Notes under the pieces: generated by a model
Database searches by the model: none
What the model saw: the letters and a program-made list of their open reading frames with translations, nothing else
Told to the model about the DNA's origin: nothing
Translations under genes and position numbers: made by a program
From: Candidatus Nomurabacteria bacterium GW2011_GWD2_36_14
Lineage (GTDB): Bacteria > Patescibacteriota > Minisyncoccia > Phycocordibacterales > UBA9973
Assembly (NCBI GenBank): GCA_000991405.1
Contig: LBRL01000001.1
Span: 527,989-591,988 of the forward strand
Reading direction: 5' to 3'
Length of the DNA: 64,000 nucleotides
In this document: positions 53,526 through 61,201 of the stretch, piece by piece
How positions within the stretch are numbered: the stretch's first letter is position 1
Layout: the number at the start of each line of letters is the position of its first letter

Positions 53526-54623
53526 ATGAAGTTAGAATGCTCAATAGAAAAAATTAAAAATGCACTCATGATAGTAGATAGAATAACTGGTAAGAATCTT
53601 ACCCTTCCTGTACTGGGATCAGTTCTATGGGTAGCAACAGGTAAGACTCTTAAACTCCGTGCCACAAATCTAAATATAGGTATAGAAATGGAAGTGCCAG
53701 CTAAAATAGAAAAAGAAGGGGTTGTAGCTATAAGAAGTGATATACTCTCGTCTCTATTCTCAGTTCTTTCTGGAGATTCCTTTGTAACTTTTGAACTAGT
53801 AAATGACAACTTGTCTGTAAAAACAAAATCAAATACTATAATCTTGAAAAGTATTCCAAACGATGATTTCCCTACAATTCCACTCATAGAAGGTGAAGTT
53901 CTAAACATACCAGCTAAAAAATTCATAGAAGGAGTTAAGTCTGTATATTATAGTGCTTCTATATCAGATATAAAGCCTGAGATAGGAAGCGTCTATATAT
54001 ATCCAGAAGACGACATGCTTGTGTTTGTGGCGACTGACTCTTTCCGACTTGCAGAAAAGAAGGTGAAAATAAAACAAAAACTTTCTTTTAATGGGATACT
54101 TATACCATTTAAAAACACAGTTGAGATTATTAAGGTCTTGGATGGAGTAGATGGAGATATAAAGATAACATTACAAAAGAATCAAATTTCTTTCTCTTCA
54201 GACAATATATATCTAACATCTAGAATTATAGATGGAGCATTCCCTGACTATAAACAAATAGTGCCCAAAGGAGGAACTACAGAAGTGACACTCTTGAAGC
54301 AAGACTTTCTTTCATCTTTAAAAGTATCAAACATATTCTCTGATAAATTCAATCAAATTACTTTCAATATTAAACCTTCCGAAAAAGTTTTTGAAATAGA
54401 AGCAAAGAATACAGATATAGGAGAAAATATAACATTCCTAGCGTCAGCACTCTCGGGGGAGAATGTAACTCTTAACTTCAACTACAAATATATAGTAGAC
54501 TGCTTCCCATCTATATCTACTGATTCACTTGTACTTGAGTTTAATGGTAGTAATAGGCCTATGATACTGAGACCTATTGGAGATTCCTCGTTTATGTATT
54601 TGGTAATGCCAATGAATAGATAA
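53526..54623 (+). CDS. dnaN: DNA polymerase III beta clamp
   Basis: ATNL, VATDSFRLA, SRIIDGAFPDY, YLVMPM motifs. Confidence 0.97.
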   Translation: MKLECSIEKIKNALMIVDRITGKNLTLPVLGSVLWVATGKTLKLRATNLNIGIEMEVPAKIEKEGVVAIRSDILSSLFSVLSGDSFVTFELVNDNLSVKTKSNTIILKSIPNDDFPTIPLIEGEVLNIPAKKFIEGVKSVYYSASISDIKPEIGSVYIYPEDDMLVFVATDSFRLAEKKVKIKQKLSFNGILIPFKNTVEIIKVLDGVDGDIKITLQKNQISFSSDNIYLTSRIIDGAFPDYKQIVPKGGTTEVTLLKQDFLSSLKVSNIFSDKFNQITFNIKPSEKVFEIEAKNTDIGENITFLASALSGENVTLNFNYKYIVDCFPSISTDSLVLEFNGSNRPMILRPIGDSSFMYLVMPMNR

Positions 54624-54626
54624 TGT

Positions 54627-54688
54627 TCCATAGGTCGGACCTAGGGACAAAAATTTAAAACACAAAAGACCCTAGGTCCGACCTATGG
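54627..54688. repeat. REP-like palindrome doublet (TAGGTC-N-GACCTA)
   Basis: TCCATAGGTCGGACCTAGGGA and CCCTAGGTCCGACCTATGG, centres 42 bp apart. Confidence 0.85.
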
Positions 54689-54699
54689 CCCTTAATATT

Positions 54700-54963
54700 A
54701 TGGATTACAATCATATAAAAAATTATTTAGAAAAGTTTAAAAACCTCCTTTTTACCAAAGAAGAAATATATCAAATAGTTTCTAGGGCAATAGAAGACAA
54801 TATACATCTTAAAATTGAAACCAAAAATATACAAATAAAACCACCTTTTTTATACATAAAAGCCTCTCCATTAGTTCGTAATGAGATAATGATAAATAAA
54901 GAAAAAATCCTGAAAGATATATTACTCTTATCTCCTCAAAGTAATTTAAAAGATATAAGATAA
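54700..54963 (+). CDS. DciA/DUF721-like small protein
   Basis: Position after dnaN; LYIKAS..RNEI..KEKIL pattern. Confidence 0.55.
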   Translation: MDYNHIKNYLEKFKNLLFTKEEIYQIVSRAIEDNIHLKIETKNIQIKPPFLYIKASPLVRNEIMINKEKILKDILLLSPQSNLKDIR

Positions 54964-54988
54964 TTAATAATTAATAATTATAAATACC

Positions 54989-57460
54989 TTAATTAATTGC
55001 CAAATTAGTTGTTGTTTCTCCGGAATTGCCATTTATATCATATCCAACTACACGAATAGTATTGCTATTTGTAATATCGGGAATATCTCTCGGGATAAAA
55101 GAAACAAAATAGGGGGCATTTTTTAATGTTTTTAAATATGTACTATTTATAAACACATCAATTTTTTTAATCTGGGTTTGCCCTGTTGAGCTGACGACAA
55201 AATTAATATCACTATCTTTAGTATAAGAGATCCCAGAAATACCATTGATTGATAATACTGGCTTACTTTGAATAGTAGTATTTGTATAATTTATAATTGG
55301 ATTATTTTGCGCTGAGATGATACCATACTTGGCGTAATTATTAGCCCACCACTTTTGTACTCCATACTCCCAGTTGGTGTATTGTGAGTCGCTCGTTCTA
55401 CCACCAGAAGTGCCACTATTTAATGGATGCTCCTTGTCTAGCCAATACAAAATAGTATGAACATTGGTGACAGAAACTTCTTGTCCACCACTTGGCATAA
55501 ATGTAGCTCCTCCTTGCCAAAAACCACGAAGGACAGGAGGAATGGAAGTATCTATAGGGTCTGGCTTTTCAAAATATTCTACTGGCTTGTCTTTCAAACC
55601 TTCTGACATTACAGCGTTCCATATAGGCCCAGCAAGGGCTGCACCACCCTTTCCCATCGGTTCGTTATTATTGTTACCAACCCAAACCCCAACAGCAAGG
55701 GAGGGTGTGTATCCAATTGTCCATGCATCCTTGTTATCATTTGTCGTTCCTGTCTTCACTGCCACTTCTCTTCCTGGGATATTTAAAATAGAGTTAGCTC
55801 TAAAAGTAGGAGCACGAGCTGCATCATCTGAGAGAATGTCTGATAGGATGTTTGTAGTGTTTGGATTTAGAACTTGGTACTGTCTGTCTTCATACTTTTC
55901 TAAAACATTTCCATTTGAATCTTCAATACTTAGAATCTCGTTGTATGGGTGACGAATACCACCTGTGGCGAAGACACCATAAGCAGAAGTCATATCAAGT
56001 AGAGTCGTTTCCCCACCCCCGATAACAAGAGAAAGTCCATATCGAGTAGGGTCTGTAAGTGTAGTAATACCAAGGTCGTTTGCCATTTTTAAAGAATCTT
56101 TAATACCAACTAAATAAAGGAGCTTAACAGCAACTACGTTTATTGATTGTGCCAGAGCCTGCTTTAGTGTTAATGGGCCCCTGTTGTCGTTATCATAATT
56201 GCTTGGAGTATAACAAGTTGCACTTTTGTGCCCTGCCAAAGGCTTGCCTGTAGGATCACAAGAAGCATTGAATTCAGTTTTAACATCAAACAGGGTTGTA
56301 TCGGCTGTATAACCCTTCTCAAAAGCTGCAGCGTAGACGATAGGCTTAAATGAAGATCCTGGCTGACGTGAAGCTGTCGTGACATTGAAGTTGCCATCGA
56401 CGGTCTTGTCGAAATAATTCCTTGAGCCTACCATGGCCAATATCTGGCCAGTCTTGGGGTCTATCACTACAATAGCAGCATTTTTACCTTTCCAATTCTT
56501 TTCATTTTCTTTTGATTTTTCTAAAGCTATTTCCTCGGATTTTTTTTGAAGATTATAATCAAGAGTTGTAATAACTTTCAACCCACCATCTTCAAGTGCA
56601 TTTATACCATACTTATTTTCTAAATAATCTTTTACAAAGAAGACAAAGTGAGGGGCAGCGATATTCATAGGTCGTTCAGGCTGGAAGACGACAACTTCAT
56701 TTTTTGCTTTTGTATAAGTATTCTCATCTATGAACTTGAGGTCTAGCATTCTTTTCAAGACTAGATTCTTTCTCTCGTCCAACCTATCCTTGTTCTTTCT
56801 ATATGGAGAATAATAAGTTGGACCATTGGGAATCGCCGCCATATAAGCCGACTCAGCTAAAGTTAATTCCAAAGGCTTCTTATCGAAGAAGGCTTTAGAT
56901 GCTTCTTCGACACCATAAATATTTCCACCATAAGGAGCTTCGTTCAAATATAGGGTGAGGATGTCATTTTTACTCATAATCTTCTCAAGCTTGATAGCCA
57001 AGATCCACTCCTTCATCTTTCTTTTGATAGTTACTTCAGAAGTGAGTAAAGTATTCTTGATAAGTTGCTGGGTTATAGTTGAACCTCCTGTAACCCTTTT
57101 ACCTGTAAGTTTTGCCCAAATAGTTCCACGAATAATTGAACTTATGCGGATTCCTTTGTGTTGGTAGAATTCTCCGTCTTCTATGGCAACTGTGGCGTTC
57201 TTGATATTGGTGCCTATCTCTTCGTAAGGTATAACGGTTCTCTTGATATTGTCGTGGACATTGTATAAGAGGATCTCGCCAGTACGGTCGTATATCTTCG
57301 TTGAACTCTGTATCTTTCTTTCAGTAAAGAGCTTAAAGTCTGGTAATTCCAAGGTACTAACCCACACAACAACAAGCCCAGTCAATATTATTCCAACCCC
57401 AATTAATAAAAATAATGCGTTTTTAAGTATTTTTAATGACATAAATGAATGTTTCTTCAT
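54989..57460 (-). CDS. Class A penicillin-binding protein (PBP1A family)
   Basis: EDGEFY.H.G and GGSTITQQL transglycosylase motifs; SSFK, SIN, KTGT transpeptidase motifs. Confidence 0.96.
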   Translation of the reverse strand: MKKHSFMSLKILKNALFLLIGVGIILTGLVVVWVSTLELPDFKLFTERKIQSSTKIYDRTGEILLYNVHDNIKRTVIPYEEIGTNIKNATVAIEDGEFYQHKGIRISSIIRGTIWAKLTGKRVTGGSTITQQLIKNTLLTSEVTIKRKMKEWILAIKLEKIMSKNDILTLYLNEAPYGGNIYGVEEASKAFFDKKPLELTLAESAYMAAIPNGPTYYSPYRKNKDRLDERKNLVLKRMLDLKFIDENTYTKAKNEVVVFQPERPMNIAAPHFVFFVKDYLENKYGINALEDGGLKVITTLDYNLQKKSEEIALEKSKENEKNWKGKNAAIVVIDPKTGQILAMVGSRNYFDKTVDGNFNVTTASRQPGSSFKPIVYAAAFEKGYTADTTLFDVKTEFNASCDPTGKPLAGHKSATCYTPSNYDNDNRGPLTLKQALAQSINVVAVKLLYLVGIKDSLKMANDLGITTLTDPTRYGLSLVIGGGETTLLDMTSAYGVFATGGIRHPYNEILSIEDSNGNVLEKYEDRQYQVLNPNTTNILSDILSDDAARAPTFRANSILNIPGREVAVKTGTTNDNKDAWTIGYTPSLAVGVWVGNNNNEPMGKGGAALAGPIWNAVMSEGLKDKPVEYFEKPDPIDTSIPPVLRGFWQGGATFMPSGGQEVSVTNVHTILYWLDKEHPLNSGTSGGRTSDSQYTNWEYGVQKWWANNYAKYGIISAQNNPIINYTNTTIQSKPVLSINGISGISYTKDSDINFVVSSTGQTQIKKIDVFINSTYLKTLKNAPYFVSFIPRDIPDITNSNTIRVVGYDINGNSGETTTNLAIN

Positions 57461-57518
57461 ATCTCAATATCATATCATAAATACGGACAAAGAGATTAAG
57501 ATGTGATAATATAAGGAT

Positions 57519-58730
57519 ATGAACAAAGTAATAGTAGATGAAAAGAAAATAGATGAATTGCTAACTAGGGGGATTTCTTTTATTTATCCAACCAAAGAAT
57601 TCTTAGAGAATAAAATTAAAAAAGGAGAAAAACTTACAATATACTTAGGCATAGATCCGACTGGACCAACTCTTCACTTGGGGCACGCTATTCCTATTAA
57701 AAAATTAAGTGAATTTCAAAAAGCTGGACACCAGATAATACTTCTCATGGGTGACTTCACAGCCATGATAGGAGACCCTACTGATAAAGGTGCTGCCCGT
57801 AAACAACTTACTCACAAAGAAGTAACGTCTAATTTAAAAAATTATAAAAAACAAGCCAGTAGTCTGATATCTTTTACGGGCAAGAATCCTGCTAAAATTA
57901 CATTTAATTCTACATGGTTAGGAAAAATGAATTTTGAAAAAGTTATATCACTTGCTTCTAATATGACCGTTCAACAAATGCTTGAGCGTGATATGTTTGA
58001 GAAAAGAATGAAAGAAGGTAAACCAATATATCTTCATGAATTTCTGTACCCACTTATGCAGGGGTATGATTCTGTCGCTATGGATGTAGACGGGGAGATT
58101 GGTGGCAACGACCAGACCTTCAATATGCTTTGTGGACGTGATCTTATGAAAACAATGAAGAATAAAGAGAAGTTTGTAATAACAATGAAGCTTCTTGAAG
58201 ATAACTCTGGTAAAAAAATGGGTAAAACAGAGGGTAATATGATAGCTCTTTCTGATTCACCAGAGGAAATGTATGGAAAAGTTATGAGTTGGACTGATGG
58301 GATGATAATTCCGGGGTTTGAACTTTGTACAAATATACCAACTTTTGAAATAGAAAAAATGTCTAAGGACATACATTCAAATCTAGTTAACCCTAAAGAT
58401 TTAAAAATACGTCTTGCTCGAGAAATAGTTACAACTTTTCATAATGAAAAAAAAGCTAAAGAAGCACAAGAGAAATGGGAAAACACTTTTTCTAAAAAAG
58501 AAATTCCAGAAGACGTACAAGAAATAAATGCAAAGAAAGGTGAACCCTTGATAGACGTATTGCTAAATAATAAGATTGTAACTTCTAAGAGTGACTTTCG
58601 TAGGCTAGTGGACGAAAAAGCAATTACAAACTTAGATACAGATGAAAAAGTTTCATCGCATACAGAAGTTGCTATAGAGGGGGTCTATAGAATAGGGAAG
58701 AAAAGATTTTGTAAAATAGTAATTAGTTAA
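57519..58730 (+). CDS. tyrS: Tyrosine--tRNA ligase
   Basis: GIDPTGPTLHLGH, YPLMQGYD, GGNDQ, KMGKT. Confidence 0.97.
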   Translation: MNKVIVDEKKIDELLTRGISFIYPTKEFLENKIKKGEKLTIYLGIDPTGPTLHLGHAIPIKKLSEFQKAGHQIILLMGDFTAMIGDPTDKGAARKQLTHKEVTSNLKNYKKQASSLISFTGKNPAKITFNSTWLGKMNFEKVISLASNMTVQQMLERDMFEKRMKEGKPIYLHEFLYPLMQGYDSVAMDVDGEIGGNDQTFNMLCGRDLMKTMKNKEKFVITMKLLEDNSGKKMGKTEGNMIALSDSPEEMYGKVMSWTDGMIIPGFELCTNIPTFEIEKMSKDIHSNLVNPKDLKIRLAREIVTTFHNEKKAKEAQEKWENTFSKKEIPEDVQEINAKKGEPLIDVLLNNKIVTSKSDFRRLVDEKAITNLDTDEKVSSHTEVAIEGVYRIGKKRFCKIVIS

Positions 58731-58768
58731 ATTAAAATGTGCGAGGCCTTGCCTCGCACATTTTAATT
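58730..58768. terminator. Bidirectional terminator
   Basis: AATTAAAATGTGCGAGGC-CTT-GCCTCGCACATTTTAATT perfect stem. Confidence 0.8.
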
Positions 58769-58769
58769 A

Positions 58770-58967
58770 TTAGTATTCAGAGCCATCGAGTCCTGCGAAT
58801 TCCTCGAGTTCTTCATCGTCTTCACCTCCAAGAATATCATCATCACCTAGAAGGTCGTCATCTGCTAAAATAGGGTCATCTAAGTCATCGTCAGTTGCCA
58901 GTAGGTCAACTTCATCTTCGTTTATATCTACATCACCTACTATTTCTTCGTCATCTTTATAACTCAT
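58770..58967 (-). CDS. Very acidic 65-aa protein
   Basis: About 30 of 65 residues D/E; ends at the shared terminator. Confidence 0.7.
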   Translation of the reverse strand: MSYKDDEEIVGDVDINEDEVDLLATDDDLDDPILADDDLLGDDDILGGEDDEELEEFAGLDGSEY

Positions 58968-59054
58968 AATTTAATTAAAATTTAAAAACATATTATAATA
59001 ATTATTTGTATCAAAATATAAATTTCTTTGCAATAGGCAAAGGGCTGTGGAAAA

Positions 59055-59191
59055 CCCCCACACCCACTTTTTTATTGCTTATATATTGTGCCATTCTTTA
59101 TAAGATGTAAAATAGTCTTATTAATATAGTTAATATTGTTTTTTTACTTAAAATTACAATAAGCACAATTATAAAAAAGTAGGTGTGGGGG
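59055..59191. mobile_element. MITE (CCCSCACAC family) copy 3, TSD AAAA
   Basis: 21-bp TIRs; AAAA at 59051-59054 and 59192-59195. Confidence 0.8.
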
Positions 59192-59209
59192 AAAACCCCC
59201 TACCAAGAC

Positions 59210-59701
59210 CTATTTATATTTTAAGTCGAATTTCTCACAAGCTAGGCAGGTCAAGCCTATAGCAATAGCATCAAGTTCATCATCTGACTTTGTAACCTTC
59301 TCCATTTCTATAAGCTTAGGAACCATGGACATAACTCCTTCCTTGGAAGATTTGCCATAACCTGTGACCGCTATCTTGATTTGGGGAGGAGTGTATTCAA
59401 AAATTTTAAGTCCATTCTTGGATGCGGTGTATATCATAACCCCACGAGCTTCTGATACCCCCATAACAGTCTTCTGGTTGGTTGTGAAGTAAAGCTTCTC
59501 AATAGCCAAGGCTTCGGGCTTCCACTTTTTTATAATTCTTTCAAGTTCAACTCCTATGAGAGTGAGTCTTTCGTGGAAAGGAATCTTTGTAGAGGTTTTA
59601 AAACACTCCGAATATACCAGAAGGTGTTTTGGCTTTAGTGTTTTGTCGAGGATGGCTACCCCGACTCTTTCAAATCCTGGATCAATTGCAAGTATTCTCA
59701 T
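59210..59701 (-). CDS. ruvC: Holliday junction resolvase
   Basis: ILAIDPG, AIEKLYF, EYTP.QIK..VTGYG, DDELDAIAI. Confidence 0.97.
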   Translation of the reverse strand: MRILAIDPGFERVGVAILDKTLKPKHLLVYSECFKTSTKIPFHERLTLIGVELERIIKKWKPEALAIEKLYFTTNQKTVMGVSEARGVMIYTASKNGLKIFEYTPPQIKIAVTGYGKSSKEGVMSMVPKLIEMEKVTKSDDELDAIAIGLTCLACEKFDLKYK

Positions 59702-59710
59702 TAGTGTATA

Positions 59711-59836
59711 AATTTTTTTTCATTAAAATAGCTCTTCTCAGAGGGTCCGCATAATTTCTTGCTAAAAATTTGCTCATTGCTCGGTCCGTCGACCTCCGCC
59801 GGCCCCTCTGATAAGACTATTTTAACTACAAAAATT
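59711..59836 (-). repeat. Structured repeat, family A copy 4
   Basis: Reverse complement carries the family A core. Confidence 0.9.
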
Positions 59837-59840
59837 GAAT

Positions 59841-60833
59841 CTAATTATTTATAAAATCAAACCCCAAGTGCTCGTAACCCTTCTTGGTGACTGTTCTGCC
59901 ACGGCTTGTACGTTCGAGGAGGCCTAGTTGTATAAGATATGGCTCGATAACTTCCTCGATGGTGGCTTCTTCTTCGCTCGTGGCGGCGGAAATAGTTTTG
60001 AGTCCTACTGGGCCACCATTGAACTTGTTGATGATTACCTCTAGCACTCTTCTGTCGGAAGAGTTGAGACCAATCTCATCTATTTCGAGCAAGGCCAGGG
60101 CCTTCTTCACTGCGTCTTTTGAGAGGGGAAGCTTGTGGACTTGAGCATAGTCACGACAACGTTTCAGAAAGTAGTTGGCAGTACGAGGGGTAAAGCGAGC
60201 ACGCTTTGCGACTTCGTCCAAAGCTTCATCTTCAAGTTCTACTCCGAGAATTTTCGCTGAGCGTGCCAGAATCTTTTTGATTTCATCATGAGTATAAAAC
60301 TCTAAACGGAAAACTCCACCAGAAAAACGAGAGCGAAGAGGTGAAGAGAGGAGGGCGATACGAGTAGTAGCAGCGATGAGGGTGAAGGGAGGAAGCTCGA
60401 GCTGGATAGTACGAGCAGAAGGTCCCTTGCCAATGATGATATCAAGCACGCCTGACTCCATGGCAGGGTAGAGAACTTCCTCAACCATTTTATTGAGTCT
60501 GTGAATCTCATCAATAAAGACAATATCACCAGGGGCCAAGTTCGTAAGTATAGAAGCGAGGTCGCCAACTTTCTCAATAGCGGGCCCTGAAGTAATCTTG
60601 ATCTGTCGGCGTGTTTCTTTGGCTATAAGGTGAGCTAAAGTAGTCTTGCCAAGGCCAGGAGGGCCATAGAAAAGGATATGCTCGGCAGGATGAGACCTCT
60701 CTTCGGCAGCAGTTAGGAGAATCTTCAGATTGGCCTTGATATTTTCTTGGCCAATGTAGTCTTCCCACACACTTGGACGCAGTGTTTGGTCTAAAAAGCC
60801 CTCATCTTTGGTTGTTGTTTCTTTACTTGACAT
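59841..60833 (-). CDS. ruvB: Holliday junction branch migration helicase
   Basis: LRP, GPPGLGKTTLA, FIDEIHRL, YPAME, GGPVGL, EPYLIQ. Confidence 0.98.
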   Translation of the reverse strand: MSSKETTTKDEGFLDQTLRPSVWEDYIGQENIKANLKILLTAAEERSHPAEHILFYGPPGLGKTTLAHLIAKETRRQIKITSGPAIEKVGDLASILTNLAPGDIVFIDEIHRLNKMVEEVLYPAMESGVLDIIIGKGPSARTIQLELPPFTLIAATTRIALLSSPLRSRFSGGVFRLEFYTHDEIKKILARSAKILGVELEDEALDEVAKRARFTPRTANYFLKRCRDYAQVHKLPLSKDAVKKALALLEIDEIGLNSSDRRVLEVIINKFNGGPVGLKTISAATSEEEATIEEVIEPYLIQLGLLERTSRGRTVTKKGYEHLGFDFINN

Positions 60834-60861
60834 TATTTTCTTAGTATGCTATACTCTCCAC

Positions 60862-61053
60862 AGAAATTTGATACGTTTAATTATAGCATTTTCGCGAAGA
60901 GAACATAAATCTCTAAGCAATCGGCCCCGTGCTCTATATATGTGCATAGGACGTCTTGGTTTATATTTATATTTACTGTGGCTATCCTGTAATCATATGT
61001 TACTTTGCTAGCGCATGCTTCCAAAGGATTGTTTAGAGATTTATGTTTTTTTA
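60862..61053 (+). ncRNA. Candidate ~190-nt structured non-coding RNA
   Basis: TTGACA(60827)-17-TATACT(60850) promoter; 21-bp stem 60902-60922/61027-61047; ends in a T-tract. Confidence 0.4.
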
Positions 61054-61059
61054 ATTTTA

Positions 61060-61200
61060 CCCGCACACTCAACATGCCGTAGCTTTTTTGTTCTGCCTAC
61101 AGAATTTTTATTTAAAATTTATATTTTTTACTTAATATAATAAGAGTATTATTATATTTTATTTTGAAAAAGCAGAATAACGGCATATTGAGTGTGCGGG
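61060..61200. mobile_element. MITE (CCCSCACAC family) copy 4, TSD TTTA
   Basis: 21-bp TIRs; TTTA at 61056-61059 and 61201-61204. Confidence 0.8.
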
Positions 61201-61201
61201 T

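Noticed and set aside
60808-61075. ORFs 60808-61011 (+) and 60881-61075 (-)
   Set aside because: Non-ATG starts, overlap with ruvB or the MITE, and no motifs; better explained as structured non-coding sequence
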